Below are positions 8,810-19,004 of a DNA stretch of 64,000 nt, in pieces. The number at the start of each line of letters is the position of its first letter. Positions within the stretch are counted from its first letter, which is position 1. The notes below the pieces were generated by a model. That model was not told where the DNA came from. It saw only the letters and a program-made list of their open reading frames with translations, and made no database searches. The stretch lies in contig JAPOTF010000066.1 in assembly GCA_026709325.1 (NCBI GenBank), positions 4,501 through 68,500 of the forward strand, in the 5' to 3' direction. The stretch comes from Roseovarius sp. Lineage in GTDB: Bacteria > Pseudomonadota > Alphaproteobacteria > Rhodobacterales > Rhodobacteraceae. The position numbers were made by a program, and so were the translations under genes.

Positions 8810-9901
8810 GTGACGCGGAAAATGACAGACTCGAAACGGCATCCCCTAAAATCCCCCTTTAAGCCAAATGACCATCCGGAACTTCCATATGGAAAAACCG
8901 GTGTTCTTCTTTCCAATCTGGGAACTCCCGACCATTACAGCTACTGGCCAATGCGGAGATATCTCAACGAGTTTCTGTCCGATCGCCGCGTAATCGATTA
9001 TTCGCCATGGAAATGGCAGCCTTTGCTTCAACTCGTTATTTTATCGAAAAGACCTTTCTCAAGCGGCGAGGCCTATAAATCCATATGGAACGAGGAACTG
9101 AATGAAAGTCCTCTTTTAACCATTACACGAAAGCAAGCGGAAGCGTTGGCGGAAATGATCGGCAAAAAATACGGGAATCATGTCATGATTGATTTCTGCA
9201 TGCGCTATGGAAATCCCTCAATTCGGTCAAAGGTTCGAAACCTGGTTGAAGCGGGATGCAGCCGCATCCTTTTTTTTCCGCTTTACCCGCATTATGCGGG
9301 CGCCACCTCCGCAACGGCAAATGACGAGTTTTTTCGCGCGCTGATGAAAGAAACATGGCAGCCCACGGCACGGGTGGTCGAGCCCTATTTTGAACATCCT
9401 CTATATATCGAGGCGTTGTCCAACTCCGTCGAGAAAGCATATGCCAATATGCGGGAAAGGCCCGACATGCTTGTCGTTTCGTATCACGGCATGCCTAAAC
9501 GATATCTAATGCAGGGAGACCCCTATCACTGCCAATGCCAAAAAACCACGCGATTGATCAGGGAGCGCCTCAAACTGGATGATGATTCCATTACCAGCAC
9601 GTTTCAATCCGTGTTTGGGCCCGAGGAGTGGCTTCGGCCTTATACTGTCGAGCATGTGGCGGAACTGGCAAGGCGCGGAAAAAGAAAAATAGCCGTAATG
9701 GCGCCGGCATTTTCATCCGACTGCATTGAGACGCTCGAGGAGATCAACGAGGAAATACGGGAGAGCTTCGAAGCGGCCGGAGGCCGGGAGTTTACCTATA
9801 TTCCCTGCCTGAACGACAGCGAAGATCATATCCGCGTACTAACATCGCTGATTGAGGAGAATCTTCAGGGATGGAACGTGTTGCAGTCCCGTGCCGATTA
9901 A
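8810..9901 (+). CDS. hemH: Ferrochelatase
   Basis: GVLLSNLGTPD, YLNEFLSDRRVI, LFFPLYPHY, VVSYHGMP and FSSDCIETLEEI. The start is GTG 8810 or ATG 8822. Confidence 0.92.
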   Translation: MTRKMTDSKRHPLKSPFKPNDHPELPYGKTGVLLSNLGTPDHYSYWPMRRYLNEFLSDRRVIDYSPWKWQPLLQLVILSKRPFSSGEAYKSIWNEELNESPLLTITRKQAEALAEMIGKKYGNHVMIDFCMRYGNPSIRSKVRNLVEAGCSRILFFPLYPHYAGATSATANDEFFRALMKETWQPTARVVEPYFEHPLYIEALSNSVEKAYANMRERPDMLVVSYHGMPKRYLMQGDPYHCQCQKTTRLIRERLKLDDDSITSTFQSVFGPEEWLRPYTVEHVAELARRGKRKIAVMAPAFSSDCIETLEEINEEIRESFEAAGGREFTYIPCLNDSEDHIRVLTSLIEENLQGWNVLQSRAD

Positions 9902-9918
9902 GGCGATACCGAAGACCT

Positions 9919-10530
9919 TTAGACAAGCAGAACCTGAGTTCCCACCTTTGTGTGGTTGTACAACTCCTCGATATGCTCGTTGTAAAGTCCAATGCATCCG
10001 TTGGATGAACGACGGCCTATTTTTCTGGTGTCATGCGTTCCATGGATTCTGTAATAGGTCCAGCTCAAATAAAGCGCATGCGTTCCCAGCGGATTGTCGG
10101 GTCCTGGCGGAACATAGGCGGGCCATTCCGGATTCAACTTCAGCATGGACGGAGTTGGTCGCCAGTCGGGGCCAACGACCTTTTGCACCACACGGGTTCT
10201 GCCGCGTCTGGTAAGATCCTCGGTCATTGGAATGCTGGAGGGATAAAGCTTGTAGGTTTCGCCATCCTCGCTCCAGAAATGCAGCGCTCGCGATGAGATA
10301 TCAACAAGAATGGCGCTGTTTTTTAAATTGGAAAAGTATGGTTTCCAGTCCAGCGCCCTAAATCCCGAGATGTTCCTTGGCACCGCATGGGTTACATCCT
10401 TTTCCATTTCCACCGTGTCTATCGTGTCTATTCCCGTGACATCCTGTGAAAACGCGGGAGCGCCCAGGGCCGCGGCCGAAGCGGCCATAAAAGCCCGCCG
10501 GCTGAATTTTCCGGAATTTTTCCGATCCAT
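9919..10530 (-). CDS. L,D-transpeptidase (YkuD domain) with a Tat-type signal
   Basis: SRRAFMAASAAALGAPAFS twin-arginine-like leader. Catalytic region YRIHGTHDTRKIGRRSSNGCIGL. Confidence 0.85.
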   Translation of the reverse strand: MDRKNSGKFSRRAFMAASAAALGAPAFSQDVTGIDTIDTVEMEKDVTHAVPRNISGFRALDWKPYFSNLKNSAILVDISSRALHFWSEDGETYKLYPSSIPMTEDLTRRGRTRVVQKVVGPDWRPTPSMLKLNPEWPAYVPPGPDNPLGTHALYLSWTYYRIHGTHDTRKIGRRSSNGCIGLYNEHIEELYNHTKVGTQVLLV

Positions 10531-10730
10531 GTTCTGTCACTCCAAAAAAGCGCTGCCGTTTCAATAACAGATATATAGGAATGAATGTCGCGTCTGGCAA
10601 TTAAAAGAAATCGCGTGACAAATTTGCCGTTGGCGTTTATCAGAGCAAATCGGCCTTTTTCGATAAAATGGCCGCATCAAACATTCTCGAACACAGGTAA
10701 TAAGCCCTATTTATTCTGACAGCAAATCCA

Positions 10731-11309
10731 ATGACACGATTAAATCCACTCTTTATCGCAATGTTCCTGCTGCTTGCGGGATGCGTGGCAACAGAACCCG
10801 CTCTGGGACCGGACGGAAAGCCACTCAGAAAAGTGTACCGAATACACGTAAATCAAGCTGCCCTGATCCAGTTTCGAATGCTGGACGCTGTAAACGCCCT
10901 TCGCCAAGCCAACGCACTGGAACCGGTGAAACTAAACGCAAGACTAAACGCCGCCGCATCAACCCATTCACGCGACATGTCAATTCAGAACCGGCCCTGG
11001 CATTTTGGCTCGGACGGCTCGTCACCGATTGATCGAGCGCGCAGAGTCGGCTACGACGGCAAACTCATCGGGGAGACAATCTCGGAAACTTTCGAGACGG
11101 AACTTGAAACATTGGCGGCATGGGTGGAGGATCCCGGGACAAGACTCGTAATCATGGACCCGGAAGCGAGGGATATGGGTTTCGCATGGCTGCAGGAATT
11201 CAGCGGCAAAATTTGGTGGACATTGATCATGGGGCGTCCGAACAAGCCCGGCACATCTCCAGAGAACAAATCGGACAACGTTGCCAACACGACATTGAAT
11301 GGCGGCTGA
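10731..11309 (+). CDS. CAP/SCP-domain lipoprotein
   Basis: Lipobox LLLAGCV. AVNALRQANALEPVKLNARLNAAASTHSRDM ... GETISE ... AWVEDPG is the bacterial CAP (SCP/PR1-like) pattern. Confidence 0.6.
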   Translation: MTRLNPLFIAMFLLLAGCVATEPALGPDGKPLRKVYRIHVNQAALIQFRMLDAVNALRQANALEPVKLNARLNAAASTHSRDMSIQNRPWHFGSDGSSPIDRARRVGYDGKLIGETISETFETELETLAAWVEDPGTRLVIMDPEARDMGFAWLQEFSGKIWWTLIMGRPNKPGTSPENKSDNVANTTLNGG

Positions 11310-11411
11310 ATAAAAAGCGATATCATCGAAATCCGATATTGTTGCGGTAAAATCGGCGTCTTCTCCGAGTTCATGTCCGACCATGCCATAAAACAACGAA
11401 TAACGCGGGCA

Positions 11412-11912
11412 TTATGGCCTGATTGCGATTGGCGTGCCAATCTTGACCATGGAATAGATTTCCTCAATCTGCCGATTTCCCACCGCGATGCATCCGGCGG
11501 TCCAGTCGGGGCTTAATCGCGCGCCTCTCTTGTTATTGGGTCGGCCATGTATGAAAATGTCCCCTCCCGGACTTTTCCCACTCGATCTGGCAAATGCGGC
11601 GTCCTTGCCGTTGGGATATGAAATGCCAAGCGAACGATGGAACTTGCTGTTTGGATTGCGTCTGTCAATGATGTAATTCCCCACGGGCGTCTTTCCGTCT
11701 CCCTCGAACTGCTTGTGTCCCACCGGTTCAAATCCAAGATCAATCCTATACGATTTCAGTACGCGGCCATGGTGCAGCAGATGCATTCTTCGCTTTTCCT
11801 TTTTAACCAGAACACTTGTAACTTCAGGTCCGTCGTACGACCTGATGTTGGAACCGCAGCCAGCCATTGCGGCAAGCAACGCCATCAGTGTGAATAGCCG
11901 GATTGTTTTCAT
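11412..11912 (-). CDS. L,D-transpeptidase family lipoprotein (YafK-like)
   Basis: Start trimmed to MKTIRLFTLMALLAAMAGCGS (lipobox). IFIHG......WTAGCIAV catalytic Cys motif. The start abuts the upstream ABC gene stop (11914). Confidence 0.8.
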   Translation of the reverse strand: MKTIRLFTLMALLAAMAGCGSNIRSYDGPEVTSVLVKKEKRRMHLLHHGRVLKSYRIDLGFEPVGHKQFEGDGKTPVGNYIIDRRNPNSKFHRSLGISYPNGKDAAFARSSGKSPGGDIFIHGRPNNKRGARLSPDWTAGCIAVGNRQIEEIYSMVKIGTPIAIRP

Positions 11913-11913
11913 T

Positions 11914-13776
11914 TTACCCCGCTGCCGTCTTTTTCCCGCCATCGACATCAAGCGAACCCAGGAAACCACCTGACTGTCTGCTCCAGAATCTGGAGTATAG
12001 CATCCCTTGGGCAAGAAGTTCATCATGTGAACCCTCTTCGATTATTCGCCCCTTATCAAGTACCAGTATGCGATCCATGCGCGCGATCGTGGACAGTCTG
12101 TGGGCAATCGCAATTACGGTTTTTCCGTGCATCATGCCATATAGCGTTTCCTGAATTTCCGCTTCAATTTCGCTGTCAAGGGCACTGGTTGCCTCATCCA
12201 GCAACATGATGGGCGCATCTTTCAGCAGCGCGCGGGCAAGAGCTATTCGCTGGCGTTGACCACCCGAAAGCTTCACGCCTCTCTCTCCAACTTGCGCATA
12301 ATAGCCCGTCATTCCGGACGGATCCCGCAACTCCCGGATAAAGCCGTGCGCACCCGCCTTACGTGCGGCTTCAATCATTTTTTCTTCACTTGCGTCCGGC
12401 ATGCCGTATAGAATGTTTTCCCGTATCGTTCGATGCAAAAGCGAGCTGTCCTGCTGAACCATGCCGAATTTATCCCTGAGGCTGTTTTGTGCCACAGCTG
12501 AAATATCTTGTCCGTCCACAAGGATTCTGCCGTGTTCGGCATCGTAAAACCGGAGCAGCAGCTTGACGAGCGTGGACTTTCCAGCACCCGATTTTCCCAC
12601 CAGTCCAATCTTTTCGCCCGACTTAACCTTGAATGAAACATTTTCAAGACCGTTTCGACCTCCACCGTAATGATGGGAGACATTTTCAAACTCTATCTCG
12701 CCGCCCCGCAGTTCAAGGGTTTTGGCACCGGGCCTGTCCGTCAGCGCAATTGGCCTGGCAATGGTTTCCATCCCCTCCGCAACCACGCCAAGATTGCGAA
12801 ACAGCGATGTCAGCGCCCACATTATCCAGCCGGTCATGGCATTAAGGCGAAGTGTGAGCGCAGTCGCGGCAGCCACAACGCCAACGCTGGCCTGCCCCTG
12901 CGCCCACAAATACACGGCCCACCCCACAACGCCAACAACCAGAAAACCGTTCAGGGTAACGAGAACAACATCCATTATGGTGTAGATTCTCATTTCAAGC
13001 TGAAATGTCTTGCGCGAATATTCAATGGCCTTTCTGGCGTATAAAATCTCGCGCTCGTCACAGGCAAACAGTTTCACCGTGTCGATATTCGTATACGCGT
13101 CCACCACCCGGCCGGTTACAAGCGATCGGGCGTCGGATGCCAGTTTTGACGCCTTTCCCACCCTGCGGAGAGTCCATCGCACCAAGGCGGCATATGCGGA
13201 AAGCCACAGCAGCAATGGAAGCGCCAGACGGGTATCCGCCTCCGACAGCATGATCACGGCAGCGACAATATAGGCAATCGAAAACGTGATCGCGTCAAAT
13301 ACCTCAAACACGGCCTCTCCAGCGGCCGGAGGAGTTTGCATGATTCTGTTTGCTATGCGGCCTGCGAAATCGTTCTCAAACCACTCGACGGACTGCCGCA
13401 GCACCTGCCTGTGCGCCCGCCACCTTATCAAAGTGCCGAAATTTGTAAGTATCGTGTTGTTAAGCAAAAGAACGTCCACTGCCTGCACAACCGGTCTCGC
13501 GAAAAGAATAAAAACCGCCACAAGCACAAGTTCGGTCCCATGCTCCCGCCAGAAGGTCGCCGGATCGCCGGATAACAGGTCGATTAGGCGACCCATATAG
13601 TAGATTAGCCATATCTCAACCGCCGCAACAATGACCGACATGATTGCGGTAAGCCGGAAAACGGACCGAAACGGAGTCGTGTACGCCATAAGAAACGGCC
13701 ACAGCCTTGTTGGCGGGCGATCCGTCTGCTCATACTCGCAATAGGGGTCCACCAGATTTTCGAAAAATTTGAACAT
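11914..13776 (-). CDS. ABC transporter, fused permease/ATP-binding (exporter type)
   Basis: Walker A GKSGAGKST, signature LSGGQRQR, Walker B IMLLDEATSALD and H-loop IAHRLST, with an N-terminal 6-TM region. Start trimmed to MFKFFENLVDPY. Confidence 0.9.
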   Translation of the reverse strand: MFKFFENLVDPYCEYEQTDRPPTRLWPFLMAYTTPFRSVFRLTAIMSVIVAAVEIWLIYYMGRLIDLLSGDPATFWREHGTELVLVAVFILFARPVVQAVDVLLLNNTILTNFGTLIRWRAHRQVLRQSVEWFENDFAGRIANRIMQTPPAAGEAVFEVFDAITFSIAYIVAAVIMLSEADTRLALPLLLWLSAYAALVRWTLRRVGKASKLASDARSLVTGRVVDAYTNIDTVKLFACDEREILYARKAIEYSRKTFQLEMRIYTIMDVVLVTLNGFLVVGVVGWAVYLWAQGQASVGVVAAATALTLRLNAMTGWIMWALTSLFRNLGVVAEGMETIARPIALTDRPGAKTLELRGGEIEFENVSHHYGGGRNGLENVSFKVKSGEKIGLVGKSGAGKSTLVKLLLRFYDAEHGRILVDGQDISAVAQNSLRDKFGMVQQDSSLLHRTIRENILYGMPDASEEKMIEAARKAGAHGFIRELRDPSGMTGYYAQVGERGVKLSGGQRQRIALARALLKDAPIMLLDEATSALDSEIEAEIQETLYGMMHGKTVIAIAHRLSTIARMDRILVLDKGRIIEEGSHDELLAQGMLYSRFWSRQSGGFLGSLDVDGGKKTAAG

Positions 13777-13807
13777 GAACGCAATTTGCTTGATTTGGCG
13801 TTGAATT

Positions 13808-14998
13808 TCAATTGACCCGTTTATGTTGCCGCAGAAGTTCCTTCCGGGACAGCGAGAATCCGGATTCGATCCAATTTCGCTCAATTTCCCTTAGTGCCCG
13901 GCCCAGCAAAACCCCCTTACATTCGGGAAGCAGATCTTTCGCCTTTACCGGCATTGCCGCGCCGGCGCCAATGGCGACATCGTCAAGCCGGGCGATCAGT
14001 TCACGCTGACCATGCAGAGAGATGCGCAGCAATAGAATTTTACTGGCAACATCGACGCCATTGCGATATCCCAGCTCGGCGGGATCCCTTTTTCCCGCCG
14101 CTTCCCCGATGAGCCGTTGAAGCATCTTTACATGCGCTCGGCTCAATTTCAGGTTTTCCGCCAGATCCTCTCCGCCAATCACCGCCAGCCTAAGCATCGC
14201 ATCCGGCTCCAGTCCGGCAATTTCCTCAAGTTCAATCAAGTCATTCAAATACATCGGGTTTGCACCATGCAGCACGTGATCCAGCACACCGGAGGACTCC
14301 ATCAGCTTAATTGCGGGGAAAGGATTCCCGGCGGACAGGAGACTTAGCATTTCAGAACCAATTCGCTCCCTGCTTAAATTCACAATGCGATTTGCGAACT
14401 CCGACGCCGCGGTCAAACCTTCTTCATCAGCTTCAATGTCCTGATTTCCATAAAACGCGTGAATTCTGAAGAATCTCAATATTCTCAGGTAATCCTCTCT
14501 TACCCGATCTCTTGCATTGCCGATGAAACGAACCCGTCCGCTTTCAAGGTCTTTTATTCCGCAATCCAGCGGGTCGTGCACCGTCCCGTCACATGATGCG
14601 TAAATCGCATTCATGGTAAAATCCCGTCTTAGCGCGTCTTCTTTTATGTCATGTCCAAATTCCACAAAGGCGTGGCGCCCATCTGTCCCAACATCCTTTC
14701 GGAGCGTCGTTATTTGAACAGCCTTCCCATTCCGGACCAGAGTGACCGTCCCGTGTTCAAATCCTGTCGGGACAACTTTAAATCCCCTTGATCGCGCAAT
14801 ATCCGACACTTCACCCGGCAGGGCGCTAGATGTCAGGTCGATATCCCCCACCGGAACGGGATTTTCATTTCGCGTGTTTAGCAGCGTATTTCGAACACAG
14901 CCTCCAACCGCGTAAACCTCATGCCCCGCTTTTTCCAGCATGTCAAAGATCGACTGAATTTCATTTTCACCGAGCCAATCCGCATTTAGTTTCTTCAT
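13808..14998 (-). CDS. cca: CCA tRNA nucleotidyltransferase / poly(A) polymerase family
   Basis: Head-domain motifs VYAVGGCVRNTLL and GDIDLTS, then RRDFTMNA. Start trimmed to MKKLNADW, giving an ATGA overlap with the upstream gene's stop. Confidence 0.8.
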   Translation of the reverse strand: MKKLNADWLGENEIQSIFDMLEKAGHEVYAVGGCVRNTLLNTRNENPVPVGDIDLTSSALPGEVSDIARSRGFKVVPTGFEHGTVTLVRNGKAVQITTLRKDVGTDGRHAFVEFGHDIKEDALRRDFTMNAIYASCDGTVHDPLDCGIKDLESGRVRFIGNARDRVREDYLRILRFFRIHAFYGNQDIEADEEGLTAASEFANRIVNLSRERIGSEMLSLLSAGNPFPAIKLMESSGVLDHVLHGANPMYLNDLIELEEIAGLEPDAMLRLAVIGGEDLAENLKLSRAHVKMLQRLIGEAAGKRDPAELGYRNGVDVASKILLLRISLHGQRELIARLDDVAIGAGAAMPVKAKDLLPECKGVLLGRALREIERNWIESGFSLSRKELLRQHKRVN

Positions 14999-15597
14999 CT
15001 GTTTGCGATTTCCGACATCATGTGGAGAATACGCGCCGTCGCGCCCCATATGTAATAGGGACCATATGGCACAGTGTAATATGGCCGGGGACGCCCGCGC
15101 CAAAGCCGTGATCGTATGCTGTAGTTCAGCGGATTTAAAACATGACTCAACGGAACTGAAAACACCTCTTCCACCTCGCCTGCCTCGGCCACCGGCGTAA
15201 ACTCCTCCATGATTCTTCCAATCACCGGGGTTATCACAAATCCCGTCACCGTTTCATGTTTGGGCAATTGGCCAACCACCTCCACATTGCTTCTGGCTAT
15301 CCCAATTTCCTCGTTTGCCTCTCGCAAAGCCGTGACAATGACGTCCGGATCCCCCGCATCCTTTTTGCCGCCCGGAAACGCAATCTGGCCGGGGTGCTGC
15401 TTTAAAGTCAAGGAACGTCTTGTCAGAAAGACCACATGACCGGCCTTTGTGTTCAGAATCGGAACAAGCACCCCGGCAGACTTCAATTCCCGATTTGGAG
15501 ACAAAACCACATCTGGCGAAAGATCGTAATCCGACGTCTGCCCGCTAAAAAGCGCGCACGCGGATAATATTCTGGAAAGCTGGTCTTCAGCTTTCAT
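14995..15597 (-). CDS. CoA pyrophosphatase (Nudix hydrolase)
   Basis: Nudix box GQIAFPGGKKDAGDPDVIVTALREANEEIGI and the upstream LTRRS..L..HPGQ motif typical of the NudL/CoA pyrophosphatase group. Confidence 0.85.
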   Translation of the reverse strand: MKAEDQLSRILSACALFSGQTSDYDLSPDVVLSPNRELKSAGVLVPILNTKAGHVVFLTRRSLTLKQHPGQIAFPGGKKDAGDPDVIVTALREANEEIGIARSNVEVVGQLPKHETVTGFVITPVIGRIMEEFTPVAEAGEVEEVFSVPLSHVLNPLNYSIRSRLWRGRPRPYYTVPYGPYYIWGATARILHMMSEIANR

Positions 15598-16473
15598 GTC
15601 GACCTCGCCTCATCGCCTTAAAACCCGCCTCTTCCGGCTTAATCATGTAGCTCGCGCCACAGAATTGGCAAACCGCTTTAATCGAATGCGGGCCATGAAA
15701 TCTCGGTTTTTGATCTTTGGGCGCCTTCCCGATCAATTCCCCTGGGTCGCTCCACGGCCGGACAAATTGAAGTGTTTCCAAATCGGAAAAACGGCCTGGA
15801 GCCTTCCCCGTATTTTACTCTCATCAACTTCCAAATGGCCAGGCGCGAACGGCGTTTTTGAATTCCGCTCCCCGCAAACATGCCTCGACCCGCCAGGTGT
15901 CGCCGGATCATTGTTCCCGCCGCACGCAAGCGCTCGAATCTGCCAGTCTCCACATATTGCCCGCGGCACATCTTAAATCGGGTTGATATCCGCGCCGACT
16001 TAAAAAATGGATCTCGGCGGACTCAGCCGGGCTTTTGGCTTCCCTACAGGGAATATTGCCACTTGCCCTGTCAATCAACATTGCGAGACACGTCCCGCGC
16101 GGAACTTGAATTTCTCTTCGGCATTGTTCGTGAAGCCGGTGTCAAAACCCGTATGCGCATTCGCGAACTCAAGCCGCTGGAACCCGGCGCGGTCATTCCA
16201 ACGCGGCCGGATGATTGAATCTGCGGCGACTGTTTCCAGCGCGGATTTGCCATCTGTACCAAAAGTGCCGTTGCAAAGTGTCATTTTCGCAACCAATGCC
16301 TCAACATGAGGAAGATAATCGCGCATGGACATCACATCCTCAAGCATTTGGTTCGGAAGGACAATGCGCACACGGATATTGCAATCGGTCAAGTCAAACG
16401 GAAACGCCGTGTCATCCCGCCTGGCTTCATTTTCTCGGATCGCGGGGTTCCCCTGAAATTTGCGATATGCCAT
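15587..16473 (-). pseudogene. hslO: Hsp33 redox chaperone gene remnant, multiply frameshifted
   Basis: Hsp33-like pieces lie in successive frames. They are DDTAFPFDLTDCNIRVRIV...MRDYLPHVEALVA (ends TGA 16075..16077), LAMLIDRASGNIPCRE...AESAEIHFLS (ends TGA 15908..15910), GDWQIRALA...HLEVDESKIRGRLQAVF (ends TGA 15733..15735) and the C-terminal LQFVRPWS-x27-CQFCGASYMIKPEE. The CxC half of the zinc centre reads R-x-W. Confidence 0.6.
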
Positions 16474-16515
16474 ATAACTTCAGGTATCAGGCACAAGCAG
16501 ATTCGGGTGGCGACA

Positions 16516-16959
16516 TTGATCAGAAGATTTGGCAAACCTCCTGTACAGGGTGTAAAATATGATGTTCGACACGGGTCATATGCCATTCTCCCAAAAACCG
16601 GGCATTTGCTTCTAACCTTTCAAAAATGTCCCGAGCCGGAACTTCAGCTGCCCGGTGGCGGCATAGACCCGGGAGAATCACCTCTGGGAGCTTTGCACCG
16701 CGAGGTATATGAGGAAACGGGGTGGCGCATTGGAAATCCCCGCCGACTTGGCGCGTTCCGGCGTTTCGCATTTATGCCCGAATATGATCTTTGGGCTGAA
16801 AAAGTCTGCGCCGTATATGTTGCCACACCGGTTCGAGGCCTTGGGCAGCCACCCGAGAAAGATCATTCCGCAATATGGGTGAAGCCGGAGGTTGCGGCAA
16901 AAACCCTCGCCAATCCCGGAGATGCGCATTTTGTAAGAAAATTGTTCCGTCTTGCCTGA
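16516..16959 (+). CDS. NUDIX hydrolase
   Basis: Nudix box LPGGGIDPGESPLGALHREVYEETGW. The track start (16306) would overlap the hslO remnant, so I propose the in-frame TTG at 16516. The start is uncertain. Confidence 0.7.
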   Translation: MIRRFGKPPVQGVKYDVRHGSYAILPKTGHLLLTFQKCPEPELQLPGGGIDPGESPLGALHREVYEETGWRIGNPRRLGAFRRFAFMPEYDLWAEKVCAVYVATPVRGLGQPPEKDHSAIWVKPEVAAKTLANPGDAHFVRKLFRLA

Positions 16960-17155
16960 TAAAGCCAGTGCCCATCCAATAAAAAACGGCGAGGAGCGAA
17001 ACATGCATGAAAAATTTCTTGGATTGATAATATTATATATAAGGAACGGACCACTGTTACAGCCCGGCAGCCTATCCCGGGGAAAAGACGTTTCAAAGGG
17101 CCCGACCCGCCATATTCATTAAAACTGCATGCGGAAGCCTGGCAACAATCAAACC

Positions 17156-17182
17156 GGGGAACCGAGATTTGACCGGTTCCCC
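17156..17182. other. Perfect 9-bp GC-rich inverted repeat (hairpin) in the long argG upstream region
   Basis: GGGGAACCG (17156..17164), agatttgac, CGGTTCCCC (17174..17182). No T-run follows on the plus strand. Confidence 0.5.
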
Positions 17183-17365
17183 ATATTCAGATACTCGTCC
17201 ATAGGTTGAAACGCCATTTGGCATCGGGCTAACCGGGACGGAAATCATGAAATCAGCGCCTTAGGAAAATTTTTGGCCCGTTCCAGTGCCGCTGGCATAA
17301 TCGCTTGCCCCAAGTTCGGTTACAAGATAATTCAAATTTCTGTATCGAAACAAACGGGGAAGAAA

Positions 17366-18595
17366 ATGCCGGTTCCCAAAAAGGTTGTGCTTGCATATTC
17401 AGGCGGTTTGGACACGTCAATCATCCTTAAATGGCTTCAAACGGAATATGGGTGCGAGGTTGTTACCTTCACGGCCGACCTTGGTCAAGGCGAGGAACTG
17501 GAACCTGCTCGCAGGAAAGCGCTAATGCTCGGCATAAAGCCCGAAAATATCCATATAGAAGATATACGGGAGGAATTCGTCGAGGAGTTCGTATATCCGA
17601 TGTTCCGCGCAAATGCGCTTTATGAGGGCCAGTATCTCCTTGGCACTTCAATTGCCCGGCCTCTGATTTCAAAACGGCTTATTGAGATTGCCGCCATGAC
17701 TGGAGCGGATGCCGTCGCGCATGGCGCAACGGGCAAGGGCAATGATCAGGTTAGGCTTGAACTGGCAGCCTATGCGCTCAACCCGGATATCAAGGTAATC
17801 GCGCCATGGCGCGAGTGGGACTTAACATCCCGGACACGACTAATGGAATTCGCGAAACTTCATCAGATTCCCATAGCAAAGGACAGGCGTGGAGAGGCTC
17901 CATTTTCAGTTGATGCGAACCTCCTTCACACATCGTCCGAAGGCAAGGTTCTCGAAAACCCGGCCGAGGAGACCCCTGACCATGTCTATCAGCGCACAAT
18001 CCATCCCGAAGACGCTCCCGACAAACCGGAGTATATCGAGGTTGGTTTTGAAAAGGGAAACTGCGTAAGCGTTAATGGCGAATCGGTCTCGCCGGCAAGC
18101 GCCCTGACCCTGCTCAACGAATACGGAGGACGGCATGGAATCGGGCGACTTGACCTGGTTGAGGGGAGATTTGTCGGCATGAAGTCAAGAGGAATCTACG
18201 AAACACCCGGCGGCACCATACTGCTTGAGGCGCATCGCGGCATTGAGTCCATAACGATGGACCGCGGCGCCATGCATCTAAAGGATGAACTGATGCCGAG
18301 ATATGCCGAACTGATATATAACGGTTTCTGGTTCAGCCCGGAACGCGAAATGCTTCAGGCCGCCATTGACAAGAGCCAGGAGCATGTGACTGGCATGGTA
18401 CGTCTCAAGCTGTTTAAGGGTCTTGCCAGAACAGTCGGGCGCTGGTCGGATTATTCTCTATATTCCGAGGCCCATGTTACATTTGAAGAAGATGCGGGCG
18501 CCTATGATCAAAAAGACGCAAACGGGTTTATCCAACTCAATGCGCTTCGTTTGAAGCTTCTTGCCGCGCGAGAAAGAAAATTAAAGCGGGACTGA
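17366..18595 (+). CDS. argG: Argininosuccinate synthase
   Basis: [15 protein letters not shown]-PPase motif, [12 protein letters not shown], and [10 protein letters not shown]. Start trimmed to MPVPKKVV (ATG 17366). Confidence 0.95.
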   Translation: MPVPKKVVLAYSGGLDTSIILKWLQTEYGCEVVTFTADLGQGEELEPARRKALMLGIKPENIHIEDIREEFVEEFVYPMFRANALYEGQYLLGTSIARPLISKRLIEIAAMTGADAVAHGATGKGNDQVRLELAAYALNPDIKVIAPWREWDLTSRTRLMEFAKLHQIPIAKDRRGEAPFSVDANLLHTSSEGKVLENPAEETPDHVYQRTIHPEDAPDKPEYIEVGFEKGNCVSVNGESVSPASALTLLNEYGGRHGIGRLDLVEGRFVGMKSRGIYETPGGTILLEAHRGIESITMDRGAMHLKDELMPRYAELIYNGFWFSPEREMLQAAIDKSQEHVTGMVRLKLFKGLARTVGRWSDYSLYSEAHVTFEEDAGAYDQKDANGFIQLNALRLKLLAARERKLKRD

Positions 18596-18658
18596 GGGTA
18601 AAATCCCTAAAACTTGACGCAATTAAAACCCGGCCGTGACTGCAGAGACTAATTGTCC

Positions 18659-19004
18659 TTATGGGTCATCCAAACAGCGGTTTGAATGAAAGCCTCCGCG
18701 ACAAATCCACTCTTCCAAAGCCAAATGCGCGCATCTGGCATGATCATGGGGTGCCCTGGCAAGTGCGGCCCAAACAGATTGCCATTGAATGCGCGGCAAA
18801 AAATGCCCGGCATCTCTACATGCAGCGCAAGGGACGATCACCGCTACTGCCTTTATTTATGCCGGGCAAGAAAACCGTTATGCTCATGGCCTTGAGAGAG
18901 AACTTCGAACATTGCTCGCACCTAATGGATTGTGCTTTTCGCGGCAGCGTGCATCGCAAACGTCTACGGGGTAAATCTTTCGTGACGCGAAAATATAATC
19001 TCAT
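18659..19004 (-). pseudogene. msrB: Possible methionine sulfoxide reductase B remnant
   Basis: Two short minus-strand ORFs in different frames carry YFRVTKD...IRCEQCSKF and VPCAACRDAGHFLP, which compare with the MsrB pattern Y-x-V-T...C-x-x-C...C-x-x-C-x-x-HLGHVF. The two CxxC motifs are about 25 codons plus 1 nt apart, versus about 46 codons in E. coli MsrB. Confidence 0.35.

Noticed and set aside
16075-16077. An in-frame TGA ending the first hslO segment could be a selenocysteine or readthrough codon.
   Set aside because: The same frame hits TAA 25 codons later (16000..16002). The homologous Hsp33 sequence continues in a different frame, and no SECIS-like hairpin was obvious.
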